A model generated the notes under the pieces. That model had not been told where the DNA came from. It did no database searches and saw only the letters and a list, made by a program, of their open reading frames with translations. DNA of 63,765 nucleotides, counting the filler, from Reclinomonas americana ATCC 50394 (Eukaryota): NCBI GenBank assembly GCA_048213135.1. It is 8 parts of 8 records of this genome, joined end to end, with 100 filler letters (N's around TTAATTAATTAA, not from the genome) between each part and the next. Parts side by side here need not be neighbours in the genome. Positions count along the whole stretch, not along the records: positions 14,345 to 44,185 come from AFZH01020924.1; 7 more parts are not named here. One strand, 5' to 3'. This document shows, piece after piece, positions 25,501 to 36,985 of this stretch; positions within the stretch are counted from its first letter, which is position 1, and each line of letters begins with the position of its first letter. The translations under genes and the position numbers were made by a program.

Positions 25501-26546
25501 GGCGGGGTTGGGCGGGTTCGGCGGCAAGAAGGCGCCGAGAACAGCCTGTCACCAACGTGAGACCGAGGCGAGTGAACAGAAGAGAGTGTACAGACACACA
25601 AACACAAGCGCACCACCGCCAGCGAGCAATTCATGTCAGTGGGGCACAGCCACTGGCGACACTGGTCGAGAATCTCTTCCGACGCCTCGGGGGCGAAGAA
25701 GCGCCTTGACATTTGCACGACCTCGACCAGCCAGCTGCCAATGCTCTTGGACGTCGCTGTGCGCGCGAGCGAGATCAATGTGATGAGCGAGACGCGACTT
25801 AGGAGGAGGGAGGCGACATATCTGTGAGCAATCTCCGAAATGCGCACAGGCAGCAAGAAATCCTTCACAATGCGATCAAAGAACGGTCGCCACGGCATCA
25901 CAAAGCCGGTGAGTCGTTCCGGCCTGCACGTGGTCGCGTGAGCCACCAAGCAAGCACTGTCATTGCTTTCCAACCAGATGCACTTTCACGCAACTTGAGC
26001 AGGCGAGTGACCATCTTCAAGAAACGGCACATGATGTACGAGTCGATCTCGGGCACGAGCGATGCATGCACATAGTAGTTGAGCAGCAGCACCCGATCTT
26101 CGTCGCTGAGCTTGTAGTTCCAGTTGAGGTAGCGCTCCAAACTGCGGCAGCTGCGCAGCGCGTCGTACACGTTGATGGAGTCTGCGTGCATCCGTTGTGA
26201 GAAGCAATCAGGTGCTCCAGGTGGACGAAAGCAGCTCACCAGAGCCGGGTTTGTAGTCGGCCCGCACACTGGTCAACACGCGTTGGAGGTACTCGTGACG
26301 CTCCGCATGCAGCGCCGCCGCGTACGGCAACGCCTGCGAGCGCCCAATGCCCTCCGGATCATACGACGCCGCACGACTGCTCGCACTCGTCATTTGCAAC
26401 GACAACTTCTTGCGTCGCCGATTCCACTTGTCGCTCTTGTCGCCGCCGAGAAGTGCAGAGACAAAGTCAGAATCGCCACCGTCGTCGCCAGCACCCTGCA
26501 GGAAGCGATGCGCCAGCTGGCGGAACTGAGCAATGCCGTCGGCCAT
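16569..26546 (-). CDS. PSME4: Proteasome activator PA200/Blm10 (>40 introns)
   Basis: Family motifs in order: LPY, PWRPFF, RRFF...EEIL...WLCP, FYHP, MYSKNG, LKGAIFTL, HWKFQL, GFYQLP, GGLSRGCKHWP, LGHPYQQVR, LEVREAASVTLSG, VRAFPHEIRPYTP, VKKVLSDFWKTHRDNW...IAPSYYC* (HbYX-like end). Confidence 0.95.
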
Positions 26547-26993
26547 TGGCGCCAATAATCACGCGTGCGAGATGATGCCACGAGATCGAGAGAGCTTTCC
26601 TCACAGAACACCGATGCGCACACGCACGTACACACAGAAGCGAGAGTCACACAGAGAGGAGCGAGTGGCAATGGCGTGCACGCAGAGACAACGCGCGCGG
26701 GAACACACACACACAGAATGCAGATATCGAGTGGGTGCTCGCCTCGGCGGTGTGACGACGTGTAAAGGAAGAACAAGGGAGGAGGCGCATCCCGACAAAG
26801 CGAGCGAGCAATGCTCACTTCGTGCGGCGGAGTCGACTCCGAATGCTCTCACTTGGCATCAACGAACGCGCCGCACACACAAACCACTCACAGAGGCACA
26901 CACACGCACACACAGAGACACATCGTCGACACGACGTACCTGCAACAAAGCTCGACGATGAGTGTGTCTGTCTGTGATTGACGAGCCGAAACA

Positions 26994-27775
26994 ATGAACC
27001 AACTTGACTCGCAAATGACCGCGGCGACCGCGCTGTCTCTGCTCATTGCCCTGTGCCTGCTCAGTGCACTGCTTGTGGGTGCGTATCACCATCACGTCAT
27101 TCTTTGGTGCATTGTAGACACTGACGATGCGTGTTCTTCATGTCAAGTCGGCAAGACACCGCCACTGACCGATGCCGAGTTCAGCGCCGCCTTTGTCGAG
27201 CAGCGACACGGTACGCATCTCTCGCCACTCCCCACTCTCTCTGTGTTGCCTCCTCACCATACAGTGTAGAGTACACGACGAACTTTTCATCGGAGGTGGT
27301 CGGGTGGACGTACTCGTCGACTGCGCTGCTGTGCACGCGCTCCGACATTGCCGCGTACATGGGCACGGTGCGCGTGGTCGACAACTTTCGCACTCGGCAC
27401 GCCATCGAGATGGACTTTATGCAGCGCAAGTGTGCGACATTTGAGCCCGAGTCCAGCTTCTTCCCGAACGCGCCCGACGTGCTGCAAAAGATCTTTGCGT
27501 ACCAGCGCACCGGTGCGTTCCCGCCAGTCGTCGGCACCGTAGACGTGTACACGTATCAGCCGCCGGATGATCCGCCAAATCGCACCAATTCGACGTACAC
27601 GGTGCTGCTCGAGGCCGACACCAATCGACTGGCCATGTATCGTTACGAGGGCAACGAGGCCAGCAGTGGGGTCTTCCAGCACGTGCAGGACTCGGTGTAC
27701 TACTCGTCGTACAAGCCGGCGCAGGTCGCCGACTGGCCCGCCGACTTTTTCTCCGTCGACTGTCCCTTCCAGTGA
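26994..27775 (+). CDS. Secreted/lysosomal protein, probable ependymin-related (LolA-like fold)
   Basis: Signal peptide (ALSLLIALCLLSALLV); two phase-1 introns; N-terminal Cys+PP, central KC, C-terminal DFFSVDCP; several NxS/T sites; ~215 aa. Confidence 0.55.
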
Positions 27776-28275
27776 TATGTGTGGTCGAGGCTCCTTTTGC
27801 TTGCCGTTGCGCAGTAAACGTGCAGCGACATGTGTGTAATGTGCGTGCGACGGGCTAGGCTGGGAAGGGGGATAGGAGGAGGGAAAGAAGGGAATAGAGA
27901 GTGGCAGGACACAAGACGTTGCTTCAACATCGACGTGTGGGTGAGAAGCCACACCTTCCTCTCTCTCTGTCTCTCTCTCCACACACAATCACACATGTCT
28001 CTCTCACCTTTACTCTGGTGATGATGCGCTTAGCATGCTCTCCACGCACCACATCAGTGCGACTTCTCGCGCCCTTGTACTCTCCTTTCTCTCTCTCTCT
28101 CTCGCACACACGCATGCACTCATCCCTCGCGCACATTTCCTCTGACTCTCACGACACCCAGTGAGGCTGATGAGACACACGCACACACACTCACACACAC
28201 GCGCAATTTCCCGTTGTTGACGATGTCTTCTTCTCTTCCTCCCTCTTTTCTTGTGATTGATTGTGTGCAGCAGCA

Positions 28276-29396
28276 ATGCTGTGTGTGCGAAGACCGCTGC
28301 AGCCGCCTTGGTCACTCATAAGATTACGACATTCACTGTGCAACAACAACAACAACAACGCGCCGCTCATTAGCAGGAGGCCTCCATTACTGTCACTCTT
28401 CTCGTCCTCCACAGCATCCACATCATCCTCCTCAAAGTCACCGCCTTCCTCCTCATGGCGACGCATGTATGACGCGCCATCGTTTGCGCATTCCGATCAC
28501 ATGCTGGCGCCACAGGTGAGCAGCCACTCGTCTTCTCCTCTCTCGTTCTCCTCACTGCGCTCAATCGTGATTGCAGGCGCCGAGCGACCGCGGGCGTCTG
28601 TGTGTGGTGCTGGATCTCGACGAAACGCTGCTGCATGCACGCTACTTGCACCATCCAGTGCCCGCCACCATGCGTAAGCCCGATGCGCAGGTGTTTGTCC
28701 GCGACTCATTCAGTAACGTGCGTGTGGCGGGCCTTCATGTGTGTGCTCTTGTGCTGACGATTCTGGTGTGATGCAGCGCGAGGAGCCGGTCAAGATATGG
28801 GTCCGCAAGCACGCGATTGCGTTTTTGGAGGCTGTGAACGAGTTTGCCGAGCCGATTCTGTTCACGGCGTCGGACTCGGCGTATGGCGCCGAGGCGGTCT
28901 CCCTCATTGACAAGAAGTCGCGCATCTTTCGAGCCTGTTTGTTTCGCGAATGCACCAGGTCTCTCTTGCTCCCTCGCTGTCTCCTCCTTCTCTCCGTCGC
29001 TCATCGCCCGCGTGCAGTGGCCACCCGTACTTTGTAAAAAACCTGCACATTCTCGGGCGAGATCTCCGGCGTACCGTGCTGGTCGACAACTCACCGCTGT
29101 CGTCGGCGCTGCAGCCGGAGAATGCCATTCTGGTGCCAGACTACTGGGGCGAAGTTGCGTGTGTGTGTGTGTGTGTTGCAAACGAACTTGCGGTGACTTG
29201 CCACTGACCGCTCGTGTACATGCAGATTGACGAATCGTACTCGCTGATGGATCTGCTGCCGTTCCTGCACGAGCTGGACAAGGCAGAAGATGTGCGACCT
29301 GTGATCCAGGCGCGCTTTCCCACCGATGCGGCCTCCACCGAGACGCTTGAGGACATACGAGAGCACTTTGGCGACTCGGCACCAGGCGTCTCATGA
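28276..29396 (+). CDS. FCP1/SCP (NIF-domain, HAD) small CTD phosphatase-like protein
   Basis: CVVLDLDETL (DxDxT), LFTAS..YG, LFRECT, VKNLHILGRDLRRTVLVDNSP, QPENAI, LMDLLPFL, DVRPVI; four GT-AG introns. Confidence 0.92.
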
Positions 29397-29499
29397 CGAG
29401 CGTGCGCCCCCTCGGCAAGAAGTTGGTTAATGAACATTTCGTTGTACAAGACGCGGGGTGGTGAGAAAAAAAAGGAAACGCATGATAAATCCGCTTACA

Positions 29500-32400
29500 T
29501 TACAAGACAACGCAGCAGCCGCTGTTGCCAGTGGGAGTCGTGTTACCGGGTGTGACGGCAGTGGAGGAACGAGTGCGGAGAGCAGTCAACTCTTGAGTCA
29601 CTTGATCGTGCCTCGTCTGTGAAGCCGTGCGCAGCGGTGAGAGAGAGCGAGCTCGGCTCTACGAGAACAACAACAGCGCACAGACCTGCAGAGTACGGTG
29701 CGAATCCTGCAGTTCGGTGAGCGCGGCATCCTTGCTCTGCAGCTCTCGTTGCAGCGTGTGTCGCTCACGAACGGCCGTCTGTGCCTCCTTCTCCAACCGT
29801 CGAATACGCGAGCGCAATTCCTCGGCCTCCTCGTCCCGGTCGACAATCTGACGCTGCGCCTTTTGCAGTGCCTGTCGTGCGGCCGTCACCTCCGTTTGCA
29901 ACTGTGGCGCGACCGAAGGTGTCAGTGGCCAAGAGATTGAGAGAGAGAGAGAGAGAGAAAAGAAGAGGACACCACAGCACCTTCATCCGCTCTTGACTGC
30001 CGCGCACGAGCTCCATGGTCAAGTCGTTTGACGGACCGGCGTTGCGGTTCTCCAGCGCCTTTTGTAACCTCTCCACTTCGGCACGCAGATCGGTGCGCTC
30101 ACTTCGCAGACTGTCGACCATGGACGCCACCGCTACGAGCACGCACACAAAGAGTCAGCCAAGCAGGGGCATGAGCAAGGCACAGACATGACCACAAACC
30201 TCGTGGTGACGCCATGGACCGCGGTGTGGTCGCAGCGGCGGCGGCAGCGGCAGCGACTGTGATGAGACGCGTGAGCTCCCGTCAGAGGGAAGGAATGGAA
30301 TGGTGACTCTTAGCACGCAACTATTGGTCACTGCCGACGCGTTGCCGAGGCCACGCACAGTCGGTGCTGGCGACGTTGGAGAGTAGCCGACACGAATGGG
30401 TAGCGGAAGTTTCGCCGTGTCCGACGGAGACTTGCCCCACACTTGCACATTGACGACGCCGTTCATCATGTACTCCGACATATCCTCCGTCATCACGATG
30501 GCAAAATTGAACGTGTCGCCAAAACGCGGGTTGCGATTGGCGCCCTCCACCGTCTGTGTGCATATGTGTGGTGTAAGGAATCCAACTACTCTCAGGAGGG
30601 CGATCAGAACACCACGTCACCTTGGTGCGATTCTCGCGCGGATCGCGATGTAGTCTGAATGAGCAGTACACGTCGGTGGCGAGGCTGGTCGGCAGGTTGC
30701 GTGCGCACAGAATGGTAATGGAAAACTTGAGCTCGGTGCCGATGGGCACCGGCTGTGGCTCGAAATCCGAGGCATCCGAATCCATCGATGCCAGCGGGTC
30801 GTAGTCACATTTTCTGTCACGATAGGAGGTGAGGGGGGTGTCGGTCTCAATTAGCAAGCAGCAACACGCACAAGACATAAGCAATGTGCCCGAGGTCCTG
30901 CGTGCCACTCTGATCGGACATGATGGGCAGGATGCCGTCGCCAGATTCCTCGTCGGGTGGATCCGTGTCGTCGTTGACACCGACACCCATGCGCAGCGAC
31001 ATGAGGTAAAGGGGAGCAAAGCCGATAAGCTGTCGCTCAGCTCTAACAATAAAAGGGTCGTCCTCCAACGGAAGCTCGTACGTCTGCACAGCACCTCGTC
31101 AGTGTCACGCGCATGCACGACATGAGAGACAAGGGGGCACGAGGCAACACACCGAGTGCTTCTGCAAGGCCTCGTGCACGTCGCGATAAACTTGATCCAT
31201 GACCGCAAAGCGATCACGGAAACTCTCAAAATCCCAATGCGCCACCGTGGAGTTCCACAGCGAGCGCACCTCTACCATGGCGTCCACCTGTGTGCACAAG
31301 TGTGTGGTCAGCCAGGTCGCAGGGGGTGATAATGAGATGAGCGGAGAGTGACGAACATCGGACTGGAATGTGCCGACATCGTCGCGCACCAGCCGTGCAA
31401 TGGCTTCCGGGCGCCTTCTAAGCACGCCGTTGAATGCGACAGGCCGCTTGAGATCTTCGGCAATGAGGTTGGCCTGCCGAACGAGCGGCAGGAGCTACAC
31501 ACAGAAAAAGTGATAAGGGAGAAGCCATGTGAGCAGCGGACGAGCTCAGGCACGCGCACCGCCGTCAGCTTGTTGTCCAGTCGTATTCTGTGAATCTCCT
31601 CCTGCGCGCGCTGCTCCTCTCGAATAACGCTGACCTGGAGGGCGGCGGCGATCTGCTGCTCCAGTTCTTGGTTCTTGCGCGCCAATCGCTCGCGCTCCAA
31701 TTCCAGCTCACGTCGGGCGGCATGCTGCGAGGCACCAATGTCACTCAGGGAGGAAAGGAGAAAGGAGGAGCAAGACAACGTACCACAGCTGGAATGTCTT
31801 CCTGCACTTGGCGAATGCGTTCCTCGTAGCGTTGTTGCATCTGCGGAAGGATGAGGGAGGGGATTGAGTAAGAGGAGAATCGAGGGAGAAAGGAGGGGAA
31901 GAGAGGAGAAGGGAGGAGAAGGGAGGAGAAGGGAGGAAAGGGAGGAAAGGGAGGAAAGGGAGGAAAAAGAGGAAAAGGGAGGAGAAGGGAGGAGAAGGGA
32001 GGAGAAGGGAGGAGAAAGGAGGAGAAAGGAGGAGAAAGGAGGAGAAAGGAGAAGAAAGGAGGAAAGGGTGGAGAAGGAGGTGGAAGTGAAGGAAGAGAGA
32101 CAGAGGGTCGAGCGGAAGGAGGAAAAGAATGTCGACAAAGAGAAAGAACGGGAAGGAATTGAAGAGGGGAAAATGGAGTGGGAAAGAAGAATAGGAGAAG
32201 GCGAAGGAAAGACAACCGGCAAGAGAGAGGATATAAGGAAAGTCCGCCAGTAACGGCCGCTCTTGTTAAACCATTACTCACCTCACGCTCGAGCTCAACA
32301 CGTTCGTGCTGGGCCTGCTCGCGCTCCTTCTGGAATTTGGCTTCCAAGCGCTTGCGAACGCGCGCTGTGTTGCGTGCCACCTCACGCTTGACTTCCTCCG

Positions 32401-35400
32401 GGTCACGGTAGCCCTGGTTCTTGAGCAGTTCCTGCGAGACGGCGATGCGATCAGCGATGGAGTTCGCGCAGCCTCAAGGGGCGGAGACAGACTCACCATG
32501 TACGCAAACCGGTACGTGATTTCTTCTGAGGGAGCGCCGCATGTGGGATCTTCGAAACGGAACAGGTGGCTTGAGCCGATCCAGATGCGCGAGTCCTGTG
32601 TACCATCGTGATAAGATACGGGAAGAGAGGGGCAGCAACGACGCATATACATACACCGAAGGGAGAACGAAATGCGACAAGTACAAAAATGCATGACATT
32701 CATCGTCCTCTGCTTCGTACCTGAGTCAACTCGGTGCGCTCTCGCACTTCGGCACCATTCACAAACGTCTGATATCTCGCATCGGTGGTCAGTGGCGTGA
32801 GCCACACTTGACCGCCTGTGGACAGAAGAATTGATGAGACGAGCGTGGGGGTAAGACTTTCGCCGAACGAGATACGCACCCACGTTCTCCAGTATGCAGT
32901 GCTTGTGATCGACGCTGGCACCCACCAGCACAATGTTGGCGTGTGATTGCTGCTCGCGGATGGTGAGCAGACGGCGAGTAATTCAACAATACACACAACA
33001 ACTGCGCACCGTAGAGGCGGACTCGTCGAGGCGTCCGACAACCAGCGACTCGCCCGGATTGATGCCGTACTGCAGGCGGCCATCCAGGAATGGATCCTCA
33101 CTCATGTTGACGATGCGCGGCACTTCTGGCGGGAGCTCACTCAGCGTGATGCCCATTTCCTGTGCAGGTGGCGATCAGACGGCCAGCACGATGAAGCAAA
33201 AATTCACCAGCAGAAAACGCACCCGCAAGTACGCTGCACGCTGCGCGTCGAGGACCTTGCTGTGCTGGTGGCGTTCGTTGAATGTCTGCGTCATTTCTTC
33301 GATGAGGCGCAGCTTCTCCTCGAGCTCGTCTTGCAGGTCCTGCAACATGGCCGAGTTCATCTCGTCCTTGCGCGCTGCACGAGAGAGAGAGAGAAAGCAC
33401 CACGGTCAGACGCCAGATATTTTCGAGTCGATGATCGTGACACTCACCGAGCTCCTCTTGCAGCTCGACGATACGCGCTTGTGACTCTGCGCAACAAGGG
33501 AATGATGATGCTGAGGACAGCGCACGGAGGAAGAACGGATGGAAATCTCACCTTCTGCAATCCGCTTCAACTCGGCGTCGGTACGCTGCTGCTTCACGGC
33601 CTTGACTTTGACGGTGGACACGGTTTTTGAGAACCTGGATGGGCATTGAGGGTGAGGGAACGGGTGGCGCCAGCTCGATTTCTGTGGCACGCAACTCGAG
33701 CGTGGAAACCGATTCCTCGTAACAGGCGGACGTTGGCGAGATGGTGGCAATCATGATGGTCTTGCTGTTTTCTCCCAGCGATTCTTGGAGCATCCTGCGA
33801 GGCGTAGAGTGAGGATCCACAGACGACTTGGGGGCGCAAACGTGCTGCGGTCACGCAACTCGGTGAGTTTCGAGTCACGGAACGAGGCCGACTGGCCGCG
33901 CGCCAGGTCACGAATCACACGGCCGAGTGTCATGAGCGAGAGGTTGATCTTGGCTCCCTCCTGTGGTCACCCAGGATGAGAATGTAGTCGACGCCGAGCG
34001 AAAAGACAGTAGACACGCACCCTCAGCGCGATACCCTCCGTCTCGGCCTTGCCGACGCGCTCGGAGCCAGCCAGATCGACCAGGTTGATTTTGGCCTCGG
34101 TGGAGGAGCCAGCACGGCGGTCCTTCTACGAAATCGAAGCAACGTCCACGTGAGCGGGCGTGAAAGAGACATGCTTCTGAAAAATAAGGAGGACGGCACC
34201 TTGCTAAAGAAGATGGTGATGACGGTGTGCGCCCTCGACGACTCCAAATTCATGGCGGTGGTGCCGAGAATGCTGTAGTGGGTGGTCAGGTCACGCAGAG
34301 TAGATGAAGAGAACGTCATAGGGGGGTACACACCGCAGTTGGAGTCCTTGATTCATGTGGTGCATCATCTCATCGTACGAGGCGACAAATACTCTGCACG
34401 CACAGGTGAGCGAACAGAAACAGAGAAAGAGAGAGGCACGGGGTATGCAGCGAGCGCGCCACGCAACTGGTTGGCGCCAAACACATACGTGCCCTTTTTC
34501 TTATCATGGGCAACACGGATGCGCTTGTCACTCTGCACACCGAGAAATACGAGAAGTGAGCGACCTCGGGCACGCACATCTTTCTGCACGGCGAGCGCGA
34601 AAATAACCTGCTCCTGGCGACCGACAACGAGCAGGTCGCTGAGACGCTCCATGTAGATTTGCACCATGGTGAGCGAGAATTCGAACTCTAGGTCGGGATT
34701 GTCGCTCATCTCCGCCTCGCAGCGGTTGAAGAGGTCGCGGCATAACTGTGCGCGGGGTGAGAAATTCGTGGATGCGCAAAGACCTTCTGATGGTCCACGC
34801 TGCGCAACTCTCGGTACAATGCCTCGCGTGTGCTCGTTGTTGCCACCAATCATCGAGAACGACTTGCCGGAGCCACTCTATGGGATGTTGCGCGAATTGA
34901 GCGAATGCACGCACAAACGCACGCACACTACCGCATGCACACCTGGCCGTACGCAAACAATGTCGAGTTGTAGCCTGTCACAAGAAGGAAAGTGAGACTT
35001 GGGGGCAACCATGAGGACATCAGCACACAGAAAAATCGCACCCTGCAGAGCATTCTCCAGCACGACATTGCCGAGGTCTTCGTAGACGCGCTTCTGGTCC
35101 GCAAAATTTGGGTCTTCGGGGTTGTGACTCCAATACGCGTAGTTGTACACGTATTCGCGTGGCATCGCATCCGGGTTGGACGGATTGGAGATGGTGACCA
35201 CGTTGCCGTCCATGGCCACGATGCATTGCTCGCCGACCTCGCTGCGCCACAAGAAAGAGGATTGAGCCAAAATGCAGGCGAAGGGAAGAGAGAATGTAGC
35301 GAGAAGGAATGTCTGTCGATGTGCGTCGCCTGCCAGCCTCACAAATGCAACACCGGGTGTAGGAAATGCCCGCATCGATCTCACGAAGTGCGAAGAGCAA

Positions 35401-36880
35401 CGCACAACACCCCACATGCAAACGTATGTCAAGTGTCTCTCGAAACGCATCGTTCGCCAGCCTCGCAAGTGCAAACACCCCAACGCACACAAGACATGCA
35501 AACGCACGAGAGAGCGTGGACATCCTATCTCTGGATACGCATCGCTCGCAAGTGCATACACGACACGCAAACGAAGGCGAAAGCGCTGGCAAACACGCCA
35601 TTCTCACAGCGCAAAGGAAGTCCAGTCTCTGGATGTGCATCGCTCGCAAGTGCACACACTCCACACACGCACAGTGCACGCCACGACATGCAAACCCACG
35701 AAACAACGTCGGCAAACTCTCTCGCACGAGTCTATCTCACAATGCAGAGGAGGTCCAGTCTGCAGCAGCCCATCGTTCCCAACCTCGCCAGTGCACACAC
35801 TCCACACATACACACCGCGCATCCACACGCAAGAGCGCGAACACGCCACGACATGCAAGCGGATGTGAAAGCGATGGCAAGCTCTCTCGCACGAGTCTAT
35901 CTCACAATGCAAAGGAAAGACAGCCTCCAGCAATCCCAAGCTCTCGCCAGTGCACAACCACATGCACAATGTGCATCCACACGCAAGAGCGCGAACACGC
36001 CACGACATGCAAACGCACGAAAACGCGTCGGCAAACTCTCTCGAACGAGTCTATCTCACAATGCAAAGGCGGTCCAGTCTTCGGCACGCATCACTCGCTA
36101 ACCTCACAAGTGCACACGTACACAGCGTGCACCATGTACATCCACACATGCATGAGCACATACACACATGACATGCACGTTTCAGACGACGACAAGGCAC
36201 AAACCAATCACACTCTCTCATGCACATGCATGCATGTCTCCCTCCCTCTCTCCCTCCACCTCCCTCCCTCTCCAACTCACCGCTCCAACAACGTATTGAA
36301 CGGGCGCACGCGCACGGCGACTTTGATGTTGTCTTCCGAGGGCCCCGTCGACTTTTTGAACCAGCGCGCCACCATTGACGAACCGCGCCTTCCCGACGGC
36401 GAAGGCGACGGCGCAGTCGGCGAAGGCGACGGCGAAGGCGAGGGCGGACCCGCTTTTTAAAACACACACACACATGATGATGAGCGCAAACAAAATGCAA
36501 CATTCGCGTGAAAGTGCGTGTGTGTATGTGTAACTTGGCACGTCGATGGAGAGCGAGGAGAGTGGCGAGTAGGCGCGCGGGGAGACTGCGCGCGGGGAGA
36601 CGGGTCGAGTGCTTCCGGCGGAGCGCGGTGAGGGAAGTGGCAGCATGAGGTGCTCGGCGAGTGGCGACGGCGACGATGAAAGTGCGAGTGGAGGCACAGT
36701 GAGCGAGGTTCCGTTGAGAAGAGGAGGCGGGTGGTGGCCATTGACGGTGGTGGAGGATGAAGAGGTGGCGGAGGAGACGACAATGGAGGGTCGTGGAGAG
36801 TGGCCGCTGCGGCGGACTTGGCGCGGGGAGACCGAGGAGCGGTTGCTGCGGCTGGTGGGTGAGGGCGGCGAGTCGCTCAT
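29500..36880 (-). CDS. Kinesin-3 family motor (KIF28/KLP-6-like architecture: motor, FHA, C2-like, coiled coil, CaaX)
   Basis: IKVAVRVRPFN, YNYAYWSH, GYNSTLFAYGQ|SGSGKS, NLESSRAH, INLVDLAGSER, INLSLMTLGRVI, SLGENSKTIMIATISP; FHA (VNMSEDPFLDG...RIWIGSSHLFRFEDP); C2-like (ILCARNLP...NPRFGDTF); ends GCCVVL*. Start at 36880 or 36907. Confidence 0.93.
31860..32240. repeat. Homopurine GGAGAA(A/G)GGA low-complexity tract in a kinesin intron
   Basis: Almost pure G/A run on the + strand built from 10-nt units. Confidence 0.85.
35420..36130. repeat. ~155-165 bp tandem repeat in the long kinesin intron
   Basis: ctctctcgMacgagtctatctcacaatgca at ~35717, 35882, 36036; cgccacgacatgcaa at ~35679, 35844, 35998. 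Confidence 0.9.
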
Positions 36881-36985
36881 GGCCGGGCGGCGACGGGAGC
36901 TGTGCATTTGGGAAGGGCGATCGCCACCACCACCGACACGCGAAACACCTGACTGGGACACGACGCTCTTTGTTTTTTTCTTTTT

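Noticed and set aside
34992..36460. 369-aa and 364-aa + strand ORFs with internal repeats
   Set aside because: They lie largely in the tandem repeat of a kinesin intron and antisense to its exons; no protein signature.
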